NCBI GenBank assembly: GCA_047601445.1
Contig: JASGJH010000001.1
Coordinates: forward strand, 2,656,001 to 2,720,000
Source: Myxococcales bacterium
Lineage (GTDB): Bacteria > Myxococcota_A > Polyangia > Polyangiales > DASUME01
DNA: 64,000 bases
Direction: 5' to 3'
The notes below the pieces were generated by a model. That model did no database searches, was not told the DNA's origin, and was given only the letters and a program-made list of their open reading frames with translations. How positions within the stretch are numbered: the first letter of the stretch is position 1; each line of letters starts with the position of its first letter. The translations under genes were made by a program, and so were the position numbers. Shown piece after piece: positions 12,655 through 24,664 of this stretch.

Positions 12655-15180
12655 TCAGTGTTCGGTGTCGCGCGGGCCCGGAGCCTCGAGGCCCAGGCGG
12701 CGCAGCTTGTCGATCAGCGTGGTGCGCTTGAGCCCGAGCGCCCGCGCGGCGCGTGTCTTGTTACCGCCCGCGCGTTCCATGGCCCGCCGCAGGATCTCGC
12801 GTTCCTGGTCCACGAAGGAGCCCGCGCTGGCTCCTCCCGCGGGCAGCGGAGGCAGCTCTTCGAGGGTGACGCGGCCGCCGCGACAGGCTGCGAGGGCACG
12901 CTCCATGATGCCCTCGAGTTCGGTCTGGTTGCCGGGAAAATCGTAGTCGGCGAGGGCGTGCAGGGCTTCGGGTGCGATGCCTGGCACGTCGCAGCCCAGC
13001 ACGCGCGCGGCGCGATCCATGGCCAACAACACCAGGGACTCCAGATCTTCGCGCCGCTCGCGCAGGGCCGGCACGCGCAGCGAGGTCTGCTCGAGCCAGC
13101 GTGAGAGCTCGGGTACGAGTGCCTGGCTGTCGAGGAGCGCGGGCAGCGGCTTGCGGGCGCTCAAGATCAGGCGCGCGGTGAGCGGATAGGAGGCCTGAGA
13201 ATCCACCGGGCGCGCGCGGCGATCGGCCAGAGCGCGGGCGAGCTCGCGCTGCACCTCGGGGCTGAGGGCCACCACGTCCGTCAGCAGTAGCACGCCGTCG
13301 GCGGCCAGCTCGAGCCACCCCGGACGCGGAGGAGGTGCGGAGAGCGGATCGGCGCTGGTGCGTTCCGCGCTGGTGAGCTTGGCACCGAACAATGCCGCGG
13401 CTTGGTCCTCGGGGGCGAGCCCGCTGCAATCGCCCAGCACCAAGGGCTTTTCGTCGCGGCCCGTGGCGCTGCGCAGCTGCTGGGCGAGCGGCAAGAGCGA
13501 AACGCCCTGCTCGCAGATGAGCAGAATGGGGACATCTTGAGGCGCCAGATCCAGCAAGCGCTCGTTGAGCGCGCGCATGGCTGGGCTGTACTGCACGAGG
13601 GCCGAAGCGGCGGGACCGGCGGTCTGACCGGCCTTGAGCAGGTTGGCTTCCGCGTGCAGGCGAGCCAGCTCTTCGCGGGCCTCTTCCAGGCCGCTGCGCA
13701 GAGTGTCGCGCTCGAAGGCGGTCTCGTCGGCGCGCTTGGAGGCGCGCTCGGCCGCCAAGAACTGCGCCGCCAGCGGGGCCATGTGCTGCGCCAAACGCTC
13801 GAGCGCCGTGAGCTCTTCCATGCTCAGCGGCTCGAGCCGCGCGCCGCGCGCCAGGACGAGCGCGCCCTCGAGGTCCGCGTTGAGCAACAAAGGCACCACG
13901 CACAGCGCGTCGAGGTCGTCGAGGCTGTGAATGAGCTCACGCAGCTCCGGTCGACGCACCAGACGTGCGCGCAGGTCGTCACGGACGATGGGCTCGCCCC
14001 CGGCGTCGGTCAGATGTTGCATCAGCACCGATGGCAACAGTCGCTCGCTGCGCCTGGGTTGGCCGGCAGCGTCGAGCCGGACCTCTCCCGACGGATCGAA
14101 CGAAAACATGAGCGGCGCAGCCTCGGGCGAGTCGCTGGCACGCCGCAGCTGGCGTAGCGCGCGCGCGCACAGCTCGGGATAACTGGTCGCGCCCGGCAAG
14201 TCTTGCTCGATGCGCTCCACGGCGGCGAGCAGCGCGCCGCGCTGGGGCGCAAAGAGAAGCTGGCTCGCGCGCCGCACGACCGGCCGCAACACCAGGAACA
14301 CCACGACCCCGAGGCCCGTGATCACGACCTGCCCCAGCGGGCCGAGCTGCCCGAGGCGCGCGAAGTAGCTGGCGCCGAGCACGAGGCCCAGCGTGAACAG
14401 CGTCGCGAACACCTCGCGTGCCCAGGAGCTGGCCCCGAGCGCGCGGGTGGGTGAGGTGAGCCACACGTGGCTGAGCAAGAAAGCGAATGCCGCGCCCGCC
14501 ACCACCAAGAGCACGCTGCTCGACCCGGCCAAGTCCAGCAGCTTGATCAGCGCAGCCAGCGCCAGCAGCACCAGCGCCCACGTCGAGCCCAAGAGCGGCC
14601 AAAGGTTCGCGGAAAGGTCGCGCGTACTGCTGCCCAGACTCCTGCGGGTGGCGCGGATGCCGGTGGCGACCACGATGCAGGCCAGGGCGAAGGCGAGCGG
14701 AGCGCTGGCCGTCCAGGGCGCCGCGATGAGCGCACGCCCGAACATCCAAATGGGCGGCAACGCGGCGAATACGCCGAGGGTGCCCGCCAGGACGCCCAGC
14801 CAGCGCGCCGGCTGCTCCGCGTAAAGATGTCGCGCCAGGCGCGGAGGCACGTCGGGCCAGGCCATGGCGAGCCGCAAGGTGACGAGGCCGAGCGGCGGCA
14901 GGCTCAGCGCGAGCAACACCTCACCGAACAGCGCGCGCCCCGAGAGCGCCAGCCAAGCCCCCAGGCACAATCCCACCAGACTTCCCATCAGCGCCACCAG
15001 GCGCTGCGCCTCGTCGACCGCGAGCCCGCGCTGCCAGAACGGCGTGAAGGCGCTCCAGAGCGCCACCGCGGCCACCGCGAAGGCGCCGGTGGACAACGAA
15101 ACCCCCAGCGCGCCCGCGGAAGCGAGGATGTAGAGCAGGAGGGCGGCTGCCACGAGCGCGAGCGTGCGGGGGTGCTTCAT
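12655..15180 (-). CDS. polytopic membrane protein with GAF-like region, degenerate sigma54-type AAA+ domain and Fis HTH
   Basis: About 300-aa hydrophobic N-terminus; VPALRERREDL, YDFPGN and GGNKTRAARALGLKRTTL are retained. Walker A, Walker B and GAFTGA are absent. Confidence 0.8.
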   Translation of the reverse strand: MKHPRTLALVAAALLLYILASAGALGVSLSTGAFAVAAVALWSAFTPFWQRGLAVDEAQRLVALMGSLVGLCLGAWLALSGRALFGEVLLALSLPPLGLVTLRLAMAWPDVPPRLARHLYAEQPARWLGVLAGTLGVFAALPPIWMFGRALIAAPWTASAPLAFALACIVVATGIRATRRSLGSSTRDLSANLWPLLGSTWALVLLALAALIKLLDLAGSSSVLLVVAGAAFAFLLSHVWLTSPTRALGASSWAREVFATLFTLGLVLGASYFARLGQLGPLGQVVITGLGVVVFLVLRPVVRRASQLLFAPQRGALLAAVERIEQDLPGATSYPELCARALRQLRRASDSPEAAPLMFSFDPSGEVRLDAAGQPRRSERLLPSVLMQHLTDAGGEPIVRDDLRARLVRRPELRELIHSLDDLDALCVVPLLLNADLEGALVLARGARLEPLSMEELTALERLAQHMAPLAAQFLAAERASKRADETAFERDTLRSGLEEAREELARLHAEANLLKAGQTAGPAASALVQYSPAMRALNERLLDLAPQDVPILLICEQGVSLLPLAQQLRSATGRDEKPLVLGDCSGLAPEDQAAALFGAKLTSAERTSADPLSAPPPRPGWLELAADGVLLLTDVVALSPEVQRELARALADRRARPVDSQASYPLTARLILSARKPLPALLDSQALVPELSRWLEQTSLRVPALRERREDLESLVLLAMDRAARVLGCDVPGIAPEALHALADYDFPGNQTELEGIMERALAACRGGRVTLEELPPLPAGGASAGSFVDQEREILRRAMERAGGNKTRAARALGLKRTTLIDKLRRLGLEAPGPRDTEH

Positions 15181-15303
15181 CGGACCGGCCCACAGGCGAA
15201 CTTGCCTGGGCTGCTAGGCGGCTGGCGTGGTGGGCGTGAGGCCGCGGTGGTTGAGGGGCGCAAGCAGGCATCTTATCATTCGCGCCTTCACGGGCCAGAT
15301 TGA

Positions 15304-17424
<2,121 letters not shown>

Positions 17425-17499
17425 GTTTTTGTCCCCGGTGTACAAAAGTCTCAACACAACGTTGAAGCAACCGGTCACACAAGCGACAATCAGCCCTAG

Positions 17500-19533
17500 A
17501 TGGGGCGCAACCCAGCGCAATCTAATTCCGACCAACGCTTGATCGGCAGGACGATTGCCGGCCGCTATAGCCTCGTGCGCCTTTTGGGAGATGGCGGCAT
17601 GGGGGCCGTGTACAAGGCCGAGGACAACGTCCTCCGGCGCTTCGTCGCGCTCAAGCTGCTGCACCCCGCGGCGGCGGCGAACCCCGCAGCCGTGGAGCGC
17701 TTCCTGCGCGAGGCCCAAGCGGCGGCCTCCATCGGGCACCCCAACATCATCGACATCCTCGACTTCGGTGAAGCCGACGGAAAGCCGTATCTGGTGATGG
17801 AGTACCTGCGGGGACGCTCCTTGGCCGATGTGCTCCAGACCGATGGTCCGCTCGACATGAAGCACGCGTGCGCAGTCGCGACTCACGCGCTGGCGGGCCT
17901 CCAGGGAGCGCACGATCGCGGCATCCTTCATCGCGACCTCAAGCCAGCCAACTTGATGCTGGTGATGCGCTTCGGCGATCGCTCGTTCGTGAAGCTCCTG
18001 GACTTCGGCTTCGCGGCGCTGCTCGGAGGCAATCTCCCGAGCGACAAGACCTTGACCCCGGCGCGTACCCTGGTGGGCACACCGGCCTACGCGGCGCCCG
18101 AGCGTCTGCGCGGAGACGATCGTCGCGACCCGCGCACCGACCTGTACTCGCTGGGGGTGGTCCTCTACGAGATGTTGGCCGGCGTACGCCCGTTCGACGC
18201 AGGGACCTTCTCGGAGTTGGCGCGCAAGGCCCAGACCGAACCCCCGCCCTCGTTGCGCCTGTATCGGCCCGAAACACCCGAGGGGCTCGAGCGCGTGATC
18301 CTGCGCGCCCTCGCAAAGACTCCCGAAGAACGCTGGCCGGACGCGGAAGCCTTCGCCGCAGCCCTCGTGCCGTTCGGCGGACGCGTGGTCGATAGCGACT
18401 CGGAAGAGAGCGACAGCTTGGCCATGGATCTCATCAAGATCCGTGCGCGCGACAAGAAGCGCGAGCCAGGTCCCAGCGGGCTGCCTCCGGAAGCCCTCGA
18501 GCGGCGTGCCCCGGCACGCGAAGTGCGCGCCAATGCACCCCAGCCCGACTCGGCCGATCTCGAACTCGAGCGGATGTCTCTCGACGTGGGCGCAGCAGCC
18601 CCCACGCTGGGTCGCAATGCCAGCCTGCGCGACGCGCCGCCCGCCAGTGCCAAGCCGCAGCCTCAAGCACGGCGCAGCCCCGAACCCGCCGCGCCGCCTC
18701 GCCAAGTTGTCACCGCACCGGGCAATCCGCAGGCCGCACGCCCAACGACCGCAGGCCCGCAGGCACCTCTCGACGAGCAGTTGCTCCACGAAACCACCCG
18801 CACGCAGCAACCCTATCGCCCGAGCAGCTTGCCGCCGCCGGCCGCGAAGGCGCGCGAAGTGATCCACGCTCCACACGGGGCAGCGCCGCAAGCGCCTTCC
18901 GGACTCTCCGGAGAACGCAAGCGCACCACCACGGGCTCGGTTCCCCCTGCCGGCGCAGCGCCACGCACGCGCGCGTTCGACGGCAGTGTGGGCCTCGCCA
19001 TCCTGCGCTTCGTGTCGCGACGATATGGCGAGCGTGCGCTCAAGACCGTGCTCGACAGCCTGCCGCCGGAGACACTCACCGTGTTCACTTCGGGCGTGAC
19101 ACCAAACTCGTACATTTCTTTCGATTCGGTCTGCCAACTGGTCGAGGCCATCGACGCCAAGCTCGGTCGCGATGACCTGCACCTGATCGCCGATTGCGGA
19201 CGCGCGGTGGCAGAGGGCACGTTCGACCAGATGAAGCGGCCGAGCGGGACGCCCACGTCGCCCCCCGAGCTGCTGCTCGCCGAGATGCCCGGCAACGTAG
19301 AGAAGATGATCCGCGGCGTTCGCTGCAAGGTGCGCAGCGTGGGGCGTGGCTACGGCCGTCTCGAGCTCGACGAGCCAGGACCGTCCTCGCTGACCATGTG
19401 CGTGCTCGTGTTGGGCTTCCTCGATCGCAGCTTGAGCCGCTTCGGCGCGCGCGAGGTCGAGGTCAATCTGCTCAACTGTCGCTATCTCGGCGACGACGAA
19501 AACCTCTACGACATCAGCTGGCTCATCACCTAG
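17500..19533 (+). CDS. Hanks-type Ser/Thr protein kinase with Pro/Ala linker and C-terminal H-NOX/V4R-like (DUF2378-like) domain
   Basis: LGDGGMGAVY, VALK, HRDLKPAN, DFG, APE, DLYSLG; no TM. C-terminal 180 aa end in CRYLGDDENLYDISW. Confidence 0.85.
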   Translation: MGRNPAQSNSDQRLIGRTIAGRYSLVRLLGDGGMGAVYKAEDNVLRRFVALKLLHPAAAANPAAVERFLREAQAAASIGHPNIIDILDFGEADGKPYLVMEYLRGRSLADVLQTDGPLDMKHACAVATHALAGLQGAHDRGILHRDLKPANLMLVMRFGDRSFVKLLDFGFAALLGGNLPSDKTLTPARTLVGTPAYAAPERLRGDDRRDPRTDLYSLGVVLYEMLAGVRPFDAGTFSELARKAQTEPPPSLRLYRPETPEGLERVILRALAKTPEERWPDAEAFAAALVPFGGRVVDSDSEESDSLAMDLIKIRARDKKREPGPSGLPPEALERRAPAREVRANAPQPDSADLELERMSLDVGAAAPTLGRNASLRDAPPASAKPQPQARRSPEPAAPPRQVVTAPGNPQAARPTTAGPQAPLDEQLLHETTRTQQPYRPSSLPPPAAKAREVIHAPHGAAPQAPSGLSGERKRTTTGSVPPAGAAPRTRAFDGSVGLAILRFVSRRYGERALKTVLDSLPPETLTVFTSGVTPNSYISFDSVCQLVEAIDAKLGRDDLHLIADCGRAVAEGTFDQMKRPSGTPTSPPELLLAEMPGNVEKMIRGVRCKVRSVGRGYGRLELDEPGPSSLTMCVLVLGFLDRSLSRFGAREVEVNLLNCRYLGDDENLYDISWLIT

Positions 19534-19656
19534 CTCCGTCGCCAAGAAGTCCATGTCAGCGGAGCAGCCGCTCAGCGAAGCCGCGGATGCCGCCACGCCG
19601 CGTGCGTCTGCTTGCGAGCCTCACGCGCCGGAAAGCGCGCAGTCAGCGTGCTGGCC

Positions 19657-22600
19657 TTAACGCCGCGCGAACTGAGCGCGCCCTTCGCGCTCCCACCACT
19701 CGCGGTACTTGCGTTGCGAAAGCTCGCGATCCTTCTTGGGCAGCGCGGGATGGTAACCGAAGTACTGCTGGGTCAGCTGCTTGAGCTCATCGCTCGCCAG
19801 CGCCCGCATGGCTTCCTCTTGGTGACCGAGTGAGTCCACCAGCCACTCCACACGATGGCCCCCCGAAGCCTGCTCGGCCCAGAGCTCCCACTTGCGCGGC
19901 GCGTAACCGAAGTCTTGCCCAGTGAGCACCACCAGCGCTTTCTGGGCGGTCTTGACGATGCCCTCGGAGGGGTCTCCGAGGCGCGCGATCAGCGTCCGCA
20001 GGGTACGCATGTCGCGCAGCTCGGCGAGCGCCTCGAGCGCGATCTTCTGGCGCCGCGGATCCTTACCGGGTCGCGCGCTGAGATCACAGATGGCGCGCAA
20101 CACCGCGTCGAACTGCGGCAGCCGCGTATAGTTGCGCAGCACGTCGAGCGCCACGGCGCGTACGCCGTCGTTGGCATCGAAGGTTCGGCGAGCCACCGCG
20201 TCGAGTAGATCCGGATGCACGATCTCGCCGGCCACCAACAAGGCCTGTCGACACAGATCGGGTTCGCTCGTGCTGAGCTTCGACGCCACGTAGGGAGCCG
20301 CGCGATCGCCAAACGCGGCGAGGCAGCGCGCCACCGCGGACAAGTCGCGACCTCGTACCTTGTGCCGCTGGGGCAGACTGAGATCGACCCAGAGGGGCCC
20401 GGGGAAGTGCTGCATCAAAACGGGCAGCACGGCCTCGCCAATCCTTACGAGCTCGGCGATCTCGGTGAGCGGATCGGACGGGCCTGCGCGCAATAGGGCC
20501 TCGACCAGCGCATTCACGTGGTCGCCCATGTCGATGATCATCGAGGGCACCGCGGCATCCGTCACCAAGCTCAAACGCTTGGTGCGCGCGGGCTTCTCGG
20601 CGGATTCGGACCTGCTTACCGCCGCGGCGGCCGCGACTGGACCCGGCTCACGAAGCGCGGGCTCCTCGACGGCTGGCTTGGCAGCTGCGGCAGCCTTGGC
20701 CTCGCGAACCGTGACGGGCGCGCGATTCGCGCGGATGCTCTCTTCAGCCACCGAGCCCACGGGCGCCACATAGCTGTAGGAACCAACGCTATGCGCGGCC
20801 GCACTGGCGGACGCGGTAGGCGGCGGCATCGATTCGCGCATGGGCGGTGGGGGCGCCGAGCGCGGCACCCCCGGCACACGACCGCGGGCTGCTTCACGAG
20901 CCTCTGGAGAGATGGCCGTGCTGCGAATGCCCTGGAACGATGCCTCCGAGACCGTGCGCTTGCGCTCGGTGAAGGACAAGCGCGAGACCGCCTGGAGATC
21001 CACCGCGGTGAGCCCGTCGACGCCATCGCTGTCGTCGCCATCGTAGGAGCCGAACGCCTCGGACTCGCCCCGGCCCTGATAGGAAAGCTCGGGCGCCTCG
21101 TCGAGGAGCTCGGCGTGCTCATCGAGCGAAGGCTCCGCGAGTAACGCCGTGGGATCTGCCACCGCGTCCGCTTCCATGCTCTCGGGCGCGGCCTCTGCGT
21201 CCGGGAACGGACTCCCTTCGGGGGTTGGCGGCTGCGATGACGACTCCGAGGTCGAAAAGTGCGGCACGGAGCTGCGGCCGCGCAGGGTCTTCTGCTCCAG
21301 GATCAAGCGGCGCAGCGCATCGCTGAGGGCCGGCACCACCGCCATCACGGGTCCGGCGTCGGTCACGCTCAACCCCTCCGCATGGCGATCCGCATACACC
21401 AGCAAGGCGACGCGCGAACCAAGCGTGATGGGCACCGCCAGGCCGGGTCGGCCCATGGGTCGCCCGAGCAGCGCCAGCGCAGCGCGCTCTTCGTCGGTGG
21501 CACTCCAGTCGCCGACCAGCGGTCGCTGCCCGCGCACCACGCGCGCAGCAAAGCCACCCTCGTTGATCGGAATCACCAGGTGCTCCATCAACTCCTGCGA
21601 GAGCCCCGCACCGTGGGCCATGCGGCCCCGGGCTTCGTCCTTGGTGACGCTGAAGATGGCCACGAAATCGAAGAACTGCTGGGCGTAGCGCAGCAGCACG
21701 AACAGCACGTCGTCGCGCTGCGAGGCCTCACCGAGCAACGCCTCGGCGCGCTCGTGGGAGATGGGGCCGCGCACAGCGCGGGCGATGGCCGGCGAGATGG
21801 AGCTCGGCGGGACCGTAAGCGGGCGCTCCGCTTGGAAGCCCGAAAGGGCTCGCGGCCGAACCACGGCCACGCCCGCGGCAACATCGAGCGGCGCAGGGTC
21901 CGATCCGATGGACGCAGAGTCGAGCGACGCAGAGTCGAGCGACTCGGATTCGAGCGTGGCGCTCTGGTAGCCCTCGGGCGCGCCTGCCTCCTCGAGAGGG
22001 CTCGCGTCGAACGCGGGCGCCTCCAGATGACCCGACCCGAGCTGGTCCGGCTGCGCTTCGGCGAACGCGAGCGCCGACTCGCTGAACTCGGGCACCGACT
22101 CACTGAACTCCGTGAGTGCCTCGGCCAGCGTAGGCTCCTCGTCGGACACGTCGGCGTGCCCTTGGAGCTCGATCACACCGGAGGCCCGGCCTTCCGAGTC
22201 GAATGCGTGGTCGTCGCCTTCGAGCGAAGATGCTGCCTCCAGCGACGACTCCATGCCGAAGTCCGGGGCCAAGTCCTGGCCAGGCTCGAGCGGAGCTTCC
22301 GCGGGCTCCTGCGCGCCGAGCTCCTGCACCTGCGGCACCTGCGGCGCCTGCAGCACATCCAGCGCCTGCATCTCGCGCGACTCGGGCTCGTCGTCGAAGG
22401 GGTTGTACAGCGGGCGCTGACTCAGCGTCATGCCGTGGGTCGGCGGCCGCACATACGGAATCACGCCCGGTTCACGCTTGCGCAGCACGTCCGCCAGGCG
22501 CCGGGTACGCGGATCGAGCTCCACGCCGAAGTGATGGGCCAGCGCCGCCGCGAGGCGCAGCTGCGTCACGATGCGCACCGAGAGTTCACAACCGAGCTGC

Positions 22601-22944
22601 GCGCGCAGCTGGCGCACGACGTCGTCCGCGAGCGGGTCCGCTGCGGCCACGACTAGGGAGCGGCCCTCGAACAGGATGGGCACCACCTTCAGTGAGCGCG
22701 CCATCTCCTCCGGCATCTGTCGCAGGGCCTCACGCGAGGCACGCATGACCTCTTCGCGCGTGGCGGGCAGCAGACCGAATAGCGCAGCGCGATAGGCCGA
22801 GAGCACGTCCTCCGGGACGAAATTCAGCTCTAGCAGCACGGTTTCGATGTCACCGCCCGACAGCACTTGCTGTGTCAGGGCCTCCTCGATCTTGGAGACC
22901 GAGAGGACACGATCGCGAGCAAGCAAAGAGGTGAGCGCAGACAT
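19657..22944 (-). CDS. large myxobacterial protein: T2SSE_N/MshEN-like N-terminus, acidic linker, GAF-like domain, HEAT repeats (FrgA-like architecture)
   Basis: N-terminus LTSLLARDRVL..IEEAL..Q...ETVLLELNFV resembles the GspE/PilB N-domain; C-terminal helical repeats end LTGQDFG..W..W. Start trimmed to MSALTS so it no longer overlaps rsmE. Confidence 0.7.
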   Translation of the reverse strand: MSALTSLLARDRVLSVSKIEEALTQQVLSGGDIETVLLELNFVPEDVLSAYRAALFGLLPATREEVMRASREALRQMPEEMARSLKVVPILFEGRSLVVAAADPLADDVVRQLRAQLGCELSVRIVTQLRLAAALAHHFGVELDPRTRRLADVLRKREPGVIPYVRPPTHGMTLSQRPLYNPFDDEPESREMQALDVLQAPQVPQVQELGAQEPAEAPLEPGQDLAPDFGMESSLEAASSLEGDDHAFDSEGRASGVIELQGHADVSDEEPTLAEALTEFSESVPEFSESALAFAEAQPDQLGSGHLEAPAFDASPLEEAGAPEGYQSATLESESLDSASLDSASIGSDPAPLDVAAGVAVVRPRALSGFQAERPLTVPPSSISPAIARAVRGPISHERAEALLGEASQRDDVLFVLLRYAQQFFDFVAIFSVTKDEARGRMAHGAGLSQELMEHLVIPINEGGFAARVVRGQRPLVGDWSATDEERAALALLGRPMGRPGLAVPITLGSRVALLVYADRHAEGLSVTDAGPVMAVVPALSDALRRLILEQKTLRGRSSVPHFSTSESSSQPPTPEGSPFPDAEAAPESMEADAVADPTALLAEPSLDEHAELLDEAPELSYQGRGESEAFGSYDGDDSDGVDGLTAVDLQAVSRLSFTERKRTVSEASFQGIRSTAISPEAREAARGRVPGVPRSAPPPPMRESMPPPTASASAAAHSVGSYSYVAPVGSVAEESIRANRAPVTVREAKAAAAAKPAVEEPALREPGPVAAAAAVSRSESAEKPARTKRLSLVTDAAVPSMIIDMGDHVNALVEALLRAGPSDPLTEIAELVRIGEAVLPVLMQHFPGPLWVDLSLPQRHKVRGRDLSAVARCLAAFGDRAAPYVASKLSTSEPDLCRQALLVAGEIVHPDLLDAVARRTFDANDGVRAVALDVLRNYTRLPQFDAVLRAICDLSARPGKDPRRQKIALEALAELRDMRTLRTLIARLGDPSEGIVKTAQKALVVLTGQDFGYAPRKWELWAEQASGGHRVEWLVDSLGHQEEAMRALASDELKQLTQQYFGYHPALPKKDRELSQRKYREWWEREGRAQFARR

Positions 22945-23003
22945 GTTTCCGAAGGTGGCGAGGGGCGTCGAGCTGCGGCCGAGGGGCGCGATTCCAGGGA
23001 ACT

Positions 23004-23762
23004 TCAGCGAGAGGTCCCCAAACGTTCCAAGCCTAATGCGACACCTACCACGGCTGCGGTTTCGGTCCGCAAAATTGCGCTGCCCAAACCTGCGGAAAGA
23101 AAGCCCGCGCGGGTGAGTAGATCGCGGTCGCCGTTGGAGAAGCCCCCCTCTGGGCCTACTGCGAGCCACAGCTCCGGGGCTGCGATGTTCCTGGGCAGGG
23201 GAGCCGCACTGCGCTCCATGAGGGCGGCCCGGACGGCCCCCGAGGGGGCCCTCGCCAGGACCTCTGCCAGGGGGGCGGGTGGCATGATTTCGGGCACATA
23301 GCTGCGTTCGGACTGGCGGGCCGCCTCCCTGGCGATGCGCCGCCAGCGCTCCGCTTTGGCATCTCCCCGCACGCCCTCCGAGCGGGCCACGCAGCGCTCC
23401 GAAAGCGCAACGTGTACGGCACTCACCCCGATTTCGGTTGTCATTCTCACAATATCGTCGAGCTTGGTGCCCTTGGGCTGGCACTGGACCAAGATCACTC
23501 TGGGTCCGGGCTCCGCCCGCTCGGGGGCCGCCAAGGCCACGCAACGCCCGTTTCCCTTGGTCAGCGCCACCACGCGCACCCGCTGTCGACCGCCCCGGCC
23601 GTCGAAGAGCTCGAGCTCGTCGTCCACCACGAGACGCAACACGCGCGCGTGCGCCACGGCCTCCGCGTCGAGGTCCACGGGTGCACCGACCGCCTCCGCA
23701 AGCTGGGCGGCGAACAGCCGGCGTACGCTCAGCTCGTCTTCTTCAAGACCAGGGCGATCCAC
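23004..23762 (-). CDS. rsmE: 16S rRNA m3U1498 methyltransferase
   Basis: HARVLRL, EAARQSER, VGPEGGFS and LGSAILRTETA motifs. Start uncertain (GTG 23762 or CTG 23732). Confidence 0.9.
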   Translation of the reverse strand: MDRPGLEEDELSVRRLFAAQLAEAVGAPVDLDAEAVAHARVLRLVVDDELELFDGRGGRQRVRVVALTKGNGRCVALAAPERAEPGPRVILVQCQPKGTKLDDIVRMTTEIGVSAVHVALSERCVARSEGVRGDAKAERWRRIAREAARQSERSYVPEIMPPAPLAEVLARAPSGAVRAALMERSAAPLPRNIAAPELWLAVGPEGGFSNGDRDLLTRAGFLSAGLGSAILRTETAAVVGVALGLERLGTSR

Positions 23763-24580
23763 TCCCCCTCCACCGGCGCAGCCTCACACGTGAAGCCCGG
23801 ATAGGCCGCGCGCACGTCGTCCTCTTGCCCCACCAAAATGCCGCTGAGCAGCAGCTTGCCCCCGGGCGCCACGCGCGCTGCAATGGCTTGTGCGAGCGGG
23901 ATGAGCACCGTGGCCTGAATGTTGGCCAACACCAGCGGGAACATGCCCACCACCTCTTCCACGGGGGTGGTCGAGGCTTTCACCAGGGAGAGCACCTGAT
24001 TGCTGGCCGCGTTCTCCAGCGTGACCTCGACCGCGTCTGGATCGACGTCGATGCAGAGGGCGTCCTTGGCACCCAGCTTGAGCGCGCAGATGGCGAGGAT
24101 CCCCGTGCCACAACCCACGTCGAGCACGCTCTCGGCACCCATCACGATGCGGTCGAGCTGGGTCATCAGCAGGCGGGTGCTCTCGTGGGTACCCGTGCCG
24201 AAGGCGCGACCAGGATCCACCGTGACCACCACGTCGCCAGGAGCAGGCTCGAAGGGCTCCCAAGAGGGACGAATTACGAGCCGCTCACCCAGTCGGGTGA
24301 CCTTGAAATACTGCTTGTAGGCGTCGCGCCAGGCGTCTCCGACCACGTGCGTCAGGCGGGCCGGCCAGCGCCCCAGCTCCGCGATGGCCGTTTGCGCGGC
24401 CTCATCGTTCTCGAAGCTCGCCACGAGCGTCACGTGGTTGTTCTCGCTGTTGCGCGCGAGGGTGGTGGCGTCGCGCTCTTCGACGCCCTGCGCGCCCAGC
24501 TCCCAAAGCAGGTAGGAGGCCTCCTCCACTTCGTCGGAAGCAACGTCCACGTGAACATAGGGATAGCGGGGCTCGTTCAT
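23729..24580 (-). CDS. prmA: ribosomal protein L11 methyltransferase
   Basis: DPGRAFGTGTHEST, VLDVGCGTGIL, ANI and LSGIL motifs; adjacent to rsmE. Confidence 0.93.
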   Translation of the reverse strand: MNEPRYPYVHVDVASDEVEEASYLLWELGAQGVEERDATTLARNSENNHVTLVASFENDEAAQTAIAELGRWPARLTHVVGDAWRDAYKQYFKVTRLGERLVIRPSWEPFEPAPGDVVVTVDPGRAFGTGTHESTRLLMTQLDRIVMGAESVLDVGCGTGILAICALKLGAKDALCIDVDPDAVEVTLENAASNQVLSLVKASTTPVEEVVGMFPLVLANIQATVLIPLAQAIAARVAPGGKLLLSGILVGQEDDVRAAYPGFTCEAAPVEGEWIALVLKKTS

Positions 24581-24664
24581 CACGCAGCTGGTAGCAAGCC
24601 CCCGCTTTCGGGTCGAGTCCTCTGGCCCCACCCGCCGCAGGGAAGCCATGCTAAGAAGCCGCCG

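Noticed and set aside
22945..23544. N-terminal 200 aa of the 1295-aa ORF
   Set aside because: Overlaps rsmE in another frame; the true start is probably 22944.
23438..24664. N-terminal extension of the 846-aa hom ORF
   Set aside because: Antisense to prmA/rsmE; Hom homology starts at 24665.
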